A stretch of DNA of 30,091 nt from Chlamydiales bacterium (GTDB lineage Bacteria; Chlamydiota; Chlamydiia; Chlamydiales; JBDQID01): assembly GCA_047611865.1 (NCBI GenBank), contig JBLFWS010000024.1:1-30091 (forward strand). Direction: 5' to 3'. A program made the translations under genes and the position numbers. The notes under the pieces were generated by a model that made no database searches, had not been told where the DNA came from, and saw nothing but the letters and a program-made list of their open reading frames with translations. How positions within the stretch are numbered: the stretch's first letter is position 1; each line of letters opens with the position of its first letter. Below, piece by piece: positions 7,889 to 17,651 of this stretch.

Positions 7889-9574
7889 ATGAATCAAACA
7901 GGATCTACAGCGTTGATCCAGGCACTGCTAAAGGAGGGAGTTGATCTCATCTTTGGATATCAGGGTGGAGCCATTATGCCAAGCTATGATGCACTATATG
8001 ATGTGCAGGAAGAAATAAAGCATGTGATGGTACGCCATGAACAGGGTGCGGTCCATGCTGCAGAGGGCTATGCTCGGGCGACAGGGAAAACAGGCGTTTG
8101 CTTTGCCACATCTGGACCAGGAGCCACGAACCTTGTTACAGGTATCGCTGATGCGATGCTCGATTCTGTTCCCATTGTATGTATAACAGGTCAGGTAAAT
8201 AGCGCATTTCTCGGAACCGATGCTTTCCAGGAAGTCGATATAATGAGTATTACTGCTCCCATCACCAAGTGGAGCTATCAGGTAAGTGATGCGGAGGACA
8301 TCCCCGATTGTATCGCAAAGGCTTTTCACCTTGCTCGAAGTGGGCGGCCAGGACCCGTAGTTGTGGATATTACAAAAGATGCACAAATGGGAGAGTTTAA
8401 AAAGGGTCGCGAAATATACAAGGGCAATACGAGTAAGGCATTTAAGGAAGAGCCTACCCAACACCAAGTTATACGGGCAGCAAACTTGATCAACGGGGCT
8501 AAAAAGCCTCTTATGTTTGTAGGGCAAGGGGTGCTTCTTTCTGGAGCAGAAAAGGCGGCCCGTGAATTGGCAGAAAAAGCAGACATCCCTGTGGCATCTA
8601 CTTTGCTTGGTCTTTCTTCTTTTCCTGGAGATCACCGTTTACATATGGGGATGCTGGGGATGCATGGGAATTATGCTCCCAATTTACTGACGAATGAAGC
8701 CGATGTTATTATAGCAGTAGGAATGCGCTTTGATGACAGAGTGACAGGGGCACTTTCCAGATACGCGAAACAAGCAGAGATTATCCATATCGATATTGAT
8801 GCTTCTGAATTGAATAAAAATGTTCCAGTTTCTGTAGCCATACATGCTGATGCAAGAAAAACTTTGGAAAGCCTTTTCTCGCACGTTCATGAGAATAAGC
8901 ATTCGGAATGGGTAGAGAAGTTCTACAGCTGCAGAGGGCTTGAGAAAGAGACTGTTTTTAAGAAGGATTTCAAGGGATTAGGTGAGGACATAAAAATGGC
9001 AGAGGCGGTGGACCTCTTATCACGGATGGCCCCAAAAAAGACTGTAGTTGTAACTGATGTGGGTCAGCACCAGATGGTTACCGCTCGCTATTTTGATTTT
9101 CAACAAACAAATGCTCATATTACTTCGGGTGGATTGGGAACAATGGGCTTTGCCCTACCTGCTGCGATTGGCGCAAAGATGGGACGTAGAGATAATGAGG
9201 TGCTTGCAGTGATAGGCGACGGAGGCTTCCAAATGTGTATTCAGGAGCTGGGAGTTATTATGCAGGAGAAGCTACCCGTTAAAATCGTTATTCTTAACAA
9301 CAGTTTTTTGGGAATGGTAAGGCAATGGCAGGAGCTCTTTCACGGGGGGCGCTATTCGTGTGTTGAGATGGTAAACCCAGAATTCACAAAGATAGCTGAA
9401 GGCTATGGGATCAAGTCCAGAAAAGTCCAGAAAAGAGAAGATTTAGCAGAAGCCATCAAGGAGATGTTCTCTTCTGATGAGGCGTATTTATTAGAAATCG
9501 CTGTGGAAAAGGAACAGAAAGTGTATCCGATGGTGCCACCAGGTTCCACCGCAGCAGAAGTCGTTTTAGCATAA
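7889..9574 (+). CDS. ilvB: Acetolactate synthase (AHAS) large subunit
   Basis: RHEQGA, TSGPGATN, GMLGMHG, RFDDRVTG, DVGQHQM, and the TPP motif GDGGFQM...NN. Confidence 0.97.
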   Translation: MNQTGSTALIQALLKEGVDLIFGYQGGAIMPSYDALYDVQEEIKHVMVRHEQGAVHAAEGYARATGKTGVCFATSGPGATNLVTGIADAMLDSVPIVCITGQVNSAFLGTDAFQEVDIMSITAPITKWSYQVSDAEDIPDCIAKAFHLARSGRPGPVVVDITKDAQMGEFKKGREIYKGNTSKAFKEEPTQHQVIRAANLINGAKKPLMFVGQGVLLSGAEKAARELAEKADIPVASTLLGLSSFPGDHRLHMGMLGMHGNYAPNLLTNEADVIIAVGMRFDDRVTGALSRYAKQAEIIHIDIDASELNKNVPVSVAIHADARKTLESLFSHVHENKHSEWVEKFYSCRGLEKETVFKKDFKGLGEDIKMAEAVDLLSRMAPKKTVVVTDVGQHQMVTARYFDFQQTNAHITSGGLGTMGFALPAAIGAKMGRRDNEVLAVIGDGGFQMCIQELGVIMQEKLPVKIVILNNSFLGMVRQWQELFHGGRYSCVEMVNPEFTKIAEGYGIKSRKVQKREDLAEAIKEMFSSDEAYLLEIAVEKEQKVYPMVPPGSTAAEVVLA

Positions 9575-9590
9575 AAGGGAGGGGGGAATA

Positions 9591-9965
9591 ATGGATAACT
9601 TTGACTATATCATAACAGCAAAATGTATGGACCTACCGACATCTTTGCAGCGATTAATGTCGTTAGTAAGGAGAAAGGGCTTAAAGGTGAAGCAATTGAA
9701 TGTAACGGATGCTGAAGTAGACGGGCAGATGCTTCTAAAACTGATGCTGGAGGGGAAGCATAATAAAGTCGAGAACCTCGTAAGGCATTTAAGGAAGATG
9801 TTCACCATGCAAGATGTTCAGGTTAGTTTTAAAATATTGGAAGAAACAAAAGAAAGCACAATAGAAAACAGACGCTTTGGACTTAGTAATCGTTTTATAG
9901 ATTTTGGGGGATATTCTCCGATAGATTCTCTAGAAGAGCAAATGGCAACAGCACAAATAATGTAA
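9591..9965 (+). CDS. AHAS small subunit, single ACT domain (IlvM-like)
   Basis: Lies directly after ilvB. SLQRLMSLVRRKG...VENLVRHLRK follows the ACT pattern. The canonical NxPGVL motif is absent. Confidence 0.75.
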   Translation: MDNFDYIITAKCMDLPTSLQRLMSLVRRKGLKVKQLNVTDAEVDGQMLLKLMLEGKHNKVENLVRHLRKMFTMQDVQVSFKILEETKESTIENRRFGLSNRFIDFGGYSPIDSLEEQMATAQIM

Positions 9966-9980
9966 AAAAAGGAAAAGATT

Positions 9981-11075
9981 ATGTCAAAAATGAAATTTGG
10001 AAATGAAGAAGAAGAAGTTGTGAATCGTCAAGAGTTTCCTCTGGAAAAATCTTTAGAAACTTTGAAAGGAGAAACCATAGCAGTACTTGGATACGGGGTA
10101 CAGGGACCTGCTCAAGCATTGAATCTAAGAGACAACGGCTTCAATGTCATCATAGGGCAAAGAAAGCATTCACGTTCTTGGGAAAAGGCATTAAATGATG
10201 GCTGGAAAGAAGGGGTGAACTTGTTCCCTCTGGAAAAGGCTTGTGAGTTAGGGAGCTTTATATGTTACCTGCTATCAGATGCAGGGCAGATGCAGTTATG
10301 GGATACGATAAAACCTTATCTTACCCCAGGAAAAACGCTTTGCTTCTCCCATGGATTTTCAGTGACTTATGCTGAACAAACAAAAGTTGTTCCTCCTGAG
10401 GGTTTGGATGTGCTTCTCGTAGCTCCAAAAGGTTCTGGTAGAAGCGTAAGAAAGTTATTTCTAGAAGGTAAGGGGATTAATGCAAGCTATGCTGTTTTTC
10501 AGGATGACAGTGGCAATTCACATGAAAAAGCGAAGGCTTTTGGTATCGGTATAGGATCAGGTTATCTTTTTAAAACCGATTTTAAAAGCGAAGTTTTTAG
10601 TGACCTGATGGGTGAGCGTGGAGTCCTGATGGGTGCTTTGGGTGGTATGATCGAAGCTCAGTATGAAGTACTAAGAGAAAATGGGCATTCACCCAGTGAA
10701 GCTTTTAACGAAACGGTAGAAGAGTTGACTCAAAGCCTCGTTCCTCTTGTTGGAGAAAATGGGATGGACTGGATGTACGCCAACTGCTCAACAACGGCCC
10801 AACGTGGAGCACTAGACTGGAGCAAACGCTTTAAAGCAGAGCTTAAGCCATTGTTTGAAGAACTATATAATGATGTGGCTACAGGAAAAGAGACGGCTAT
10901 AGTCCTCGATGCTAACTGTCGTTCTGATTACAAGGAACAGTTGGATAAGGAATTGGCGGAGCTCGGAGAAAAGGAAGTCTGGAGAGTGGGGAAAAAAGTT
11001 CGTGAGCTACGCCCTCAAAATGGTAATCAAGAATCTATAGAAGAAAGGGTGACTTGTTTTGTACCAGCTAGTTGA
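9981..11075 (+). CDS. ilvC: Ketol-acid reductoisomerase
   Basis: GYGVQG, SHGF, VAPKGSG, SDLMGERGVLMG and CSTTAQRGA motifs. Confidence 0.97.
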   Translation: MSKMKFGNEEEEVVNRQEFPLEKSLETLKGETIAVLGYGVQGPAQALNLRDNGFNVIIGQRKHSRSWEKALNDGWKEGVNLFPLEKACELGSFICYLLSDAGQMQLWDTIKPYLTPGKTLCFSHGFSVTYAEQTKVVPPEGLDVLLVAPKGSGRSVRKLFLEGKGINASYAVFQDDSGNSHEKAKAFGIGIGSGYLFKTDFKSEVFSDLMGERGVLMGALGGMIEAQYEVLRENGHSPSEAFNETVEELTQSLVPLVGENGMDWMYANCSTTAQRGALDWSKRFKAELKPLFEELYNDVATGKETAIVLDANCRSDYKEQLDKELAELGEKEVWRVGKKVRELRPQNGNQESIEERVTCFVPAS

Positions 11076-12891
11076 TTTCAAAACGAAAGAAAATGTTGAA
11101 GCAAAGGACCTGGTCTTTACAGGCGACGAAAACCCCTGGGAAGTAGTGGTGGATTTGGAAAAGGTGAAAAAGAAAATAAACCTCGATCACTTTAAGCAGG
11201 TTCCTCCAAGCCTTTCGAAGTACCTACCTTTCCTGCCTATCAAAGACTACGGGAATTTTGTCTCTTTGAGAGAGAGTGCGACACCTTTGATACAGTCGAA
11301 GTCTCTGGGTAAGAAATTGGGTGTGGATCTATATTTTAAACTCGAGGGAAAGAACCCCACAGGCTCTTTTAAAGATAGAGGGTCTGCAGTAGACATCTCT
11401 GTAGCAAAAGAATTCAATGCAAAGGGAATTGTTCTTGCTTCAACAGGAAATATGGCAGCCTCTTGCTCTTGTTATGCAGCGGCTGCAAAGATACCTTGTT
11501 TTGTTTTTATTCCCGAGGGTGTGTCTATGGGCAAATTGGCCCAAGTGATATCTTTTGGTGGGCGCATAGTGCAGGTTAAAGGTACCTACAATGATGCGGC
11601 AAGATTAGCTGAATCAGTTGCAAAAAGCATGGGCTTCTATCTGGCCGGGGATTATGCCTTCAGAGTAGAGGGACAGAAAACAGCAGCCTTTGAGTTGATG
11701 GATCAGATGTTTTTCCAAGATGTTGACAAAGTAGTTTTGCCTATAGGTTGTGGTACAAATATGGCGGCTTATGTCAAAGGTTTTAGAGAATATCGCTACC
11801 TGGGACTTATAGAAACTATTCCACAGCTGATAGGTGTTCAGGCAGAAGGAGCCTCCAGCGTAATCAACAGCTTCAACAAAAAAAGTTGGAGCATAGAGAG
11901 CACTAAGGGGGTAAACACCTCGGCTTCTGCAATAGCGGTGGCTGATCCCTTGGATGGGACAAAAGCCTTAGAAGCAATATACAATACAGGAGGAGAAGCT
12001 TATTCCGTGACGGATCAGGAAATTCTCCACTCGCAGTATTTGTTGGCTAAAGAGGAAGGCTTGTTTGTGGAGAGTTCTTCCGCCTCAGCAGTAGCTGCCT
12101 TGTTTAAGATGTCTCTGGATAAAAGCGCAAAGGGACAGAGAGTTGTTTGCATTCTTACTGGGGATGGCTTGAAAGATCCAGATGTTATCCTAAAGGCTGC
12201 CTTAAAGCCCCCTACTATAAGGCCTGAAGAAAAGGAATTTAAGAGTCTTTACGATGGTGGGTTTTTTAATAGCAAAAATATCGTCTTTCTTGATAAGGAT
12301 GTTCCACTCTTTTCTAAAGCTCCGACAGCGGATGAAGTTAGGGAATCCCTTACGCAGTTTTTTAATGCAGATTTTTGTAACGAATATGTGGAGAAGATCA
12401 AAGAACTCTCTTCTGCATGTTTAGCAAAAGGAAAGACGGTAACTCATTCAGACTTCCAGGATATTGTACAGGATGTCTTAGAGAGTTCTGATAGTGAAGT
12501 GGAAAAAGATTTTACTGTTTTAGACTTCGAAGTAAGCACAGGAAAAGATAAGGTCGCCAAAGCGCAAGTTGAGGTAGTTTTTAGAGGGTTAAAGCATGTG
12601 GCTCATGCAAAAGGTGTAGGACCCGTTGATGCCGTTATCAACGCCTTATCCAAAGCCTGTAAAGGGGAAATTGATTTTAAATTGACGAATTACAAAGTAG
12701 ATATCCGTAATAAAGGCGTGGATGCTCTGGTATATGTGGAGCTGAAGTTGGAAAAGGATTGTCATTCTTCTTTAGGGCAAGCAACTTCTCCAGATATTAT
12801 ACAAGCTTCAATAGAAGCTTTTGAGGGAGCATATAACGGATTTATCAACTCGCAAAAAAACAAGGTACTTCATGAGTCAGGTTCTCAATAA
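11059..12891 (+). CDS. thrC: Threonine-synthase-like PLP enzyme fused to a C-terminal LeuA/CimA-type allosteric domain
   Basis: [10 protein letters not shown] (PLP Lys), [21 protein letters not shown]. The C-terminus has [34 protein letters not shown] start overlapping ilvC. Confidence 0.85.
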   Translation: MYQLVDFKTKENVEAKDLVFTGDENPWEVVVDLEKVKKKINLDHFKQVPPSLSKYLPFLPIKDYGNFVSLRESATPLIQSKSLGKKLGVDLYFKLEGKNPTGSFKDRGSAVDISVAKEFNAKGIVLASTGNMAASCSCYAAAAKIPCFVFIPEGVSMGKLAQVISFGGRIVQVKGTYNDAARLAESVAKSMGFYLAGDYAFRVEGQKTAAFELMDQMFFQDVDKVVLPIGCGTNMAAYVKGFREYRYLGLIETIPQLIGVQAEGASSVINSFNKKSWSIESTKGVNTSASAIAVADPLDGTKALEAIYNTGGEAYSVTDQEILHSQYLLAKEEGLFVESSSASAVAALFKMSLDKSAKGQRVVCILTGDGLKDPDVILKAALKPPTIRPEEKEFKSLYDGGFFNSKNIVFLDKDVPLFSKAPTADEVRESLTQFFNADFCNEYVEKIKELSSACLAKGKTVTHSDFQDIVQDVLESSDSEVEKDFTVLDFEVSTGKDKVAKAQVEVVFRGLKHVAHAKGVGPVDAVINALSKACKGEIDFKLTNYKVDIRNKGVDALVYVELKLEKDCHSSLGQATSPDIIQASIEAFEGAYNGFINSQKNKVLHESGSQ

Positions 12892-14551
12892 ATACAGTTC
12901 GACTATCACGCAAAGAAAATCCCAAGGTGCCTCACAGGCCATGCTTTATGGAACAGGGCTAAGTCGAAAGGACATGGATAAAGCGCAGGTGGGTATTGCA
13001 AGTATGTGGTATGACGGGAATACCTGTAACATGCACCTTTTAGAGCTTGCAAGCCTGATTCGAGAGAGCGTTAAAGAAGAGGGACTCGTAGGCGTTCGTT
13101 TTAATACCATTGGAGTTAGCGATGGTATTTCCATGGGAACGAGCGGGATGAGATATTCTTTGCAGTCCCGGGAAATAATCGCCGACTCTATCGAAACGGT
13201 AATGGAAGCACACTTTTACGATGCCTGTATTGCTGTTCCTGGGTGTGATAAGAATATGCCCGGCAGTATTATTGCTTTAGCTCGATTGAATCGACCTTCT
13301 TTTATGATATTTGGTGGGACGATAAAACCTGGATGCCTAAAGAAAAAAAATCTGGATGTGGTTTCCGCTTTTCAAAGTTATGGCGAATACCTTGCGGGTA
13401 ATATCGATGATAAAGCCCGAGAAGAAATTGTGAAGGCTTCTTGTCCAGGTCCCGGTGCCTGTGGGGGGATGTATACCGCCAATACCATGGCCTGTGCAAT
13501 CGAGGCGATGGGTATGTCCATGCCTTACAGTTCTTCAACTCCAGCCATCGATTCTTTGAAAGAGGAGGAATGTTCAAAAGCGGGTGCTGTTATCCGGAAT
13601 CTTTTAGAGAAGGATCTTAAGCCCAGTGATATTATGACGAGGGAAGCCTTTGAAAATGCTATGGTTCTCGTAACTGTTCTTGGAGGTTCTACAAATGCGG
13701 TTCTTCACCTTCTGTCAATGGCAAGAGCCATTGGAGTAGAATTATCTCTGGAAGACTTTCAAAATGTTAGTGATCGTATTCCTCTTTTGGCGGATATCAA
13801 ACCCAGCGGGAAATATTTGATGAATGACCTGCATGAAGTAGGAGGAACTCCTGCGGTAATGCGTATGTTGCTGAAGGAAGGTCTACTAAACGGACACTGT
13901 ATGACCGTTACTGGAAAGACTATTGCTGAAAACCTTAAGGGTTTGCCGGACCTTACGGAAGGGCAAAGAGTTATTATGCCTTTTTCTGAGGCAATTAAAA
14001 AGACAGGTCATCTGCAGATTCTAAAGGGAAATCTTGCTCCAGAGGGTTCTGTAGCCAAGATTACAGGAAAAGAAGGCTTGACGTTTTCTGGTCCAGCAAA
14101 AGTCTTTGATGATGAAGAGTCCATGATTAAGGCTTTGGAGAAAGGCCAGTTAGAAAAAGGAGATGCTATCGTTATACGATATGTGGGTCCTAAAGGTGGT
14201 CCTGGTATGCCTGAGATGCTGAAGCCCTCTTCTGCTCTAATGGGCTCCGGCCTTGGAAAGCATGTGGCATTACTTACTGATGGACGATTTTCCGGAGGAT
14301 CTCATGGCTTTCTCATCGGACACATATCTCCCGAAGCTCAAGATGGTGGTCCCCTTGCTTTGCTACAGGATGGAGACAGAATTGTTATCGATGCTGAAAA
14401 AAATACTCTCGATGTCAATCTTTCTGAAGGAGAATTTGAAGAAAGAAGGAGAAATTGGAAAGCACCGGCCTACAAAGTTAGTAGGGGAGCATTGTTTAAG
14501 TATATAAAAAATGTAAAATCTGCCAGCGTGGGCTGCGTAACAGATGAATAA
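12872..14551 (+). CDS. ilvD: Dihydroxy-acid dehydratase
   Basis: [42 protein letters not shown] and TDGRFSGG motifs. Start moved to ATG 12872. Confidence 0.97.
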   Translation: MSQVLNKYSSTITQRKSQGASQAMLYGTGLSRKDMDKAQVGIASMWYDGNTCNMHLLELASLIRESVKEEGLVGVRFNTIGVSDGISMGTSGMRYSLQSREIIADSIETVMEAHFYDACIAVPGCDKNMPGSIIALARLNRPSFMIFGGTIKPGCLKKKNLDVVSAFQSYGEYLAGNIDDKAREEIVKASCPGPGACGGMYTANTMACAIEAMGMSMPYSSSTPAIDSLKEEECSKAGAVIRNLLEKDLKPSDIMTREAFENAMVLVTVLGGSTNAVLHLLSMARAIGVELSLEDFQNVSDRIPLLADIKPSGKYLMNDLHEVGGTPAVMRMLLKEGLLNGHCMTVTGKTIAENLKGLPDLTEGQRVIMPFSEAIKKTGHLQILKGNLAPEGSVAKITGKEGLTFSGPAKVFDDEESMIKALEKGQLEKGDAIVIRYVGPKGGPGMPEMLKPSSALMGSGLGKHVALLTDGRFSGGSHGFLIGHISPEAQDGGPLALLQDGDRIVIDAEKNTLDVNLSEGEFEERRRNWKAPAYKVSRGALFKYIKNVKSASVGCVTDE

Positions 14552-14561
14552 AAGGAATACT

Positions 14562-14975
14562 ATGTCTTTATCTTTTGAAAGAATAGCTACAGAAAAAGCT
14601 CCAAAAGCCTTGGGACCATATTCACAGGCTACAAGTGTTGACCTAACGAATTCAAGATTATTATTTGTCTCCGGTCAGTTACCTATTATTCCAGAAACAG
14701 GAAAAATGATCTCTGGAGATATTATAGCCATGACGCATCAGATCCTCGATAACTTGGACACGATCCTTAAGGAGGGCGGAAGTAGCATGAGATCGGTCTT
14801 GCGCGTTGACGTGTTTATGAAAGATCTTAATGACTTCGAAGCTTTCAATGAAGTTTATGGCATGCGTTTTACTGGGCCCAAATACCCAGCCAGACAGACT
14901 GTTCAGGTAGAAAAGCTGCCACTAGACTCACCTATTGAAATATCATGCATAGCCTTCCAGGAGACAGGGAAATGA
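14562..14975 (+). CDS. ridA: RidA (YjgF/YER057c/UK114) enamine/imine deaminase
   Basis: APKALGPYSQA, VSGQLP, FNEVY, PARQTVQV (catalytic Arg) and IEISCIA. AAGGA SD before ATG 14562. Confidence 0.93.
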   Translation: MSLSFERIATEKAPKALGPYSQATSVDLTNSRLLFVSGQLPIIPETGKMISGDIIAMTHQILDNLDTILKEGGSSMRSVLRVDVFMKDLNDFEAFNEVYGMRFTGPKYPARQTVQVEKLPLDSPIEISCIAFQETGK

Positions 14976-15925
14976 CAAACAAAGAAATGAACTATTGTTA
15001 CTTTAGAAAGCAAATTGTTCCCTTGGAGAAAGCAACAGTAAATGTTTCTTGCCAGACTATGCAATATGGAAGTAGTTGTTTTAGTGGAATACGAGGTTAC
15101 TACCGAGAGGGAAAGGTACGTTTGTTCCGCTTGAGAGATCATTATGAGAGGCTAATGGAGGGTTCAAAAATTTTAGGTTTTGACTTTTTTTTAGAGTACG
15201 AAGCCTTCGAAAAAATAATAGAAGACCTTGTTACGACTAATACTCCGGAAGAGGATTTTTATATTCGGCCGTTTATTTTTACGGAAGATGACAGCCTTGG
15301 ACCATGCTTTGATACTCCTCTCTTTGACATGTCAGTTTATATGAAGCCTTTGAGTAACTATTACGATCCTCACAAGGGGTTGAGGATGATGATTTCCTCT
15401 TGGAGGAAAATGTCGGATTCTTCGATATCTGTAAAAGCAAAGGCTGGCGGCTCTTATTTGAATTCTTCATTGGCTACTACTGAAGTAAAACGTTGTGGCT
15501 ATGATGAAGCTCTTTTAATGGATCAGCATGGTTCTATTGCTGAAGGAAGTGCAGCAAACATTCTTATTGAATATCAAGGAAGTATTATCACTCCTCCTCT
15601 AGGGGCAGCCACCCTGAACGGAATCACGATGAGAACTGTTGTAGAACTTTTACAAAGTGAGGGGATACTCGTACGCTTCGAGCCAATCGATCGTTCTATG
15701 GTTTATACCTGTAACGAGCTCATCCTTACTGGAACAGCAGCACAGGTGAGCTTTGCCTCTTCCGTTGATGGGAGAGAGATGGGTAAAAGCGCTCCCGGGA
15801 AGCCTGGCCCTTTATGCCAAATGTTGAGAGGTTTGTTTAATGAGGTCTTAGATATGAAGAGCCCATTTTCGGATAAATGGATAAGAGAGTTTTCTCTTAG
15901 TGCTGAAGAAGCTTCAGTCGTTTGA
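14972..15925 (+). CDS. ilvE: Branched-chain amino acid aminotransferase (class IV)
   Basis: QYGSSCFSGIRGY, LFRLRDHYERL, KAGGSYLNS, EGSAAN, LNGITMRTV and TGTAAQV. ATGA overlap with ridA. Confidence 0.92.
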   Translation: MTNKEMNYCYFRKQIVPLEKATVNVSCQTMQYGSSCFSGIRGYYREGKVRLFRLRDHYERLMEGSKILGFDFFLEYEAFEKIIEDLVTTNTPEEDFYIRPFIFTEDDSLGPCFDTPLFDMSVYMKPLSNYYDPHKGLRMMISSWRKMSDSSISVKAKAGGSYLNSSLATTEVKRCGYDEALLMDQHGSIAEGSAANILIEYQGSIITPPLGAATLNGITMRTVVELLQSEGILVRFEPIDRSMVYTCNELILTGTAAQVSFASSVDGREMGKSAPGKPGPLCQMLRGLFNEVLDMKSPFSDKWIREFSLSAEEASVV

Positions 15926-15940
15926 TAAAGGGTAATATAC

Positions 15941-16141
15941 TTGAATCTCAATAAGGAGAGTGTCGTGGGTTGTGATAATGGGACTAATGTCTCATCAGGT
16001 GTTAATGAGGATGTATTGCTGGAAGAAATTGATGAACAGGACTTTCTTATGTCGAAACTCCAAATTATTAAGTCTTACAAACAGAGAAAAAAGATGTTTT
16101 TTAATTTATCATCGATTTCTGAATTGGAAGAAGCAGAATAG
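15941..16141 (+). CDS. Possible small acidic hypothetical protein
   Basis: 66-aa ORF with a TTG start and no recognisable motif. Confidence 0.3.
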   Translation: MNLNKESVVGCDNGTNVSSGVNEDVLLEEIDEQDFLMSKLQIIKSYKQRKKMFFNLSSISELEEAE

Positions 16142-16219
16142 TCAGGAAATAGTTTTACAAAAAAGCAGCACTGAGCTACAGCTAGGGCCTTTTTCTGAAC
16201 CTTATATAAGAGGTGTCCT

Positions 16220-16720
16220 ATGAGTATATGATCAATAAGGGAACATTCTGATTTCTCTCGTTTAATGCATTACTCAGATTTGGAAGTTCATGATTTTTTT
16301 GAGATCTGTGATGCAGAGGTTTTATATAAACTAAAAGAAGCTATAGGCAGTCAAGACATTCCTGAGGACGTGAGCGACCTTATAGGTGCTTATTTCGAGC
16401 AGACCACCGAAACGCAAGTTTCCCTACGAAATGTTATTCGTAAGATGGGATTGGGTCGTGAGGACGGAGAAGATACGGTTTCAGATCTTCTATCAATTGG
16501 AAAAAGGGTCTATGAGCAGGCCAATGATATCCTCAAATCTAGAGGCACTGAAAAAGTTTTTAAAGGGTCTCTTGGGACTATCTGCGAAAATATTCATGCT
16601 GTTTACGGTGATTTCAACAAAATAAAAAGGGGAACCTACCTAAATAAGGCTATCGACCTTGGACAAACGGAAGTCACTCAGTGGCTCAAGCATGAGCAAG
16701 AAGTGCTTCAGCCTCGTTAG
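16220..16720 (+). pseudogene. Hypothetical gene with a premature stop at codon 4 (intact ORF from 16265)
   Basis: SD GAGGTG precedes ATG 16220. The frame reads ATG AGT ATA TGA and then continues open into the 151-aa ORF at 16265-16720. Confidence 0.5.
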
Positions 16721-16740
16721 ATTTTTTCCATAGTGTATTG

Positions 16741-16793
16741 AAAAAAGGAAGCTCTCCATGAAACCTATTGGTTTTAGGGAGTCTTCTTTTTTT
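16741..16793. terminator. Bidirectional terminator between convergent units
   Basis: A6-GGAAGCTCTCCATGAAACC / GGTTTTAGGGAGTCTTC-T7 imperfect stem flanked by A and T tracts. Confidence 0.65.
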
Positions 16794-16809
16794 GCTTGTG
16801 TATATATTT

Positions 16810-17064
16810 CTATTGTATTGCTTTTGCCAAGATCATAATTTCTTTGTAGATCTTCTCTAGATGTTTTTGGACAATAGATTCTTTTGCATACTGTTTAATA
16901 CTTTTCAGGACCTCACTTTCTCGCTGACAATCAAAGACCTCCTTTTGATGGTGGCGTTTTACCTTTCCTATATTGGCTGCAATGGCTGTGCGTTTTTCTA
17001 TTAGGTGCACTAACTGTTTATCTATTGTATCAATTTCATTTCGTAAGCTTTCCAAGCTGTTCAT
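16810..17064 (-). CDS. Monofunctional chorismate mutase (AroQ type)
   Basis: LESLRNEIDTIDKQLVHLIEKR, IGKVK and DCQRESEVL. ATGA overlap with the PDT gene and a GGAG SD. Confidence 0.92.
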   Translation of the reverse strand: MNSLESLRNEIDTIDKQLVHLIEKRTAIAANIGKVKRHHQKEVFDCQRESEVLKSIKQYAKESIVQKHLEKIYKEIMILAKAIQ

Positions 17065-17651
17065 GGCTTTCTCCATGATTTTTTTTGAAGAGCAAGAAAA
17101 AGAGTGTAGTTGTGTTCTTCGTCTTCTAAGTTTTCCTGTGCAATAGAGAGGTTATTGAGCCTTGCGCATTCTGAGCTTCCTATTGCGGCATAACGTATGT
17201 CATTCATTTTTGCCACATGCGATGATGCTCTTGCGGTGTCGGAATAGGCAACGGCTTCTATCCAGGGGTGTTCTTGAAAAAACTTAGCACATTGGGCTAA
17301 AGCTTTAGGGTGGGAGTAGATCTTTTTGAGCTTACGGAGATCTAGCCCTGATTCATCAAGATAAGGTACTAAAAGCTTAAGTTCTACTTTGAGCCAGTCC
17401 TCATGAAAAATTTTGAGTTCGTATTTTTTCATCAGTTCGATATTTTCTTCTATGGGCCCTACAAGAGAATTTTTTATGGGAACCACTGCCAAGCTTGCTT
17501 TTCCCTTATCTACCGCTTCGAAAATTTTATTGAAGCTACTGTATCCAGCAAATTCATCGAGAGAGGGAAGGAGCTTTCTTGCTGCCTGGTGGGAAAAGGA
17601 TCCCCTTCCGCCAAGGTAGGCAGCAACACCAAAGGGGTTCAGTCTCTTCAT
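17061..17651 (-). CDS. pheA: Prephenate dehydratase, catalytic domain only (no ACT domain)
   Basis: AYLGGRGSFSHQAA, VVPIKNSLVG, YSHPKALAQC, DTA and NYTLF. The gene ends immediately after the catalytic domain. Confidence 0.88.
   Translation of the reverse strand: MKRLNPFGVAAYLGGRGSFSHQAARKLLPSLDEFAGYSSFNKIFEAVDKGKASLAVVPIKNSLVGPIEENIELMKKYELKIFHEDWLKVELKLLVPYLDESGLDLRKLKKIYSHPKALAQCAKFFQEHPWIEAVAYSDTARASSHVAKMNDIRYAAIGSSECARLNNLSIAQENLEDEEHNYTLFLALQKKSWRKP

Noticed and set aside
7994..8902. Minus-strand ORFs inside ilvB, and similar shadows inside purT, eat, lysA, lysC, PDT, DAHPS and the oxidoreductases
   Set aside because: They fully overlap well-supported genes and have no motifs or RBS.
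16139..16231. Stop-codon reassignment or selenocysteine read-through joining 15941 to 16720
   Set aside because: It would need read-through of one TAG and three TGA codons, and TGA is a normal stop in ilvC, ridA, ilvE and the PDT gene.
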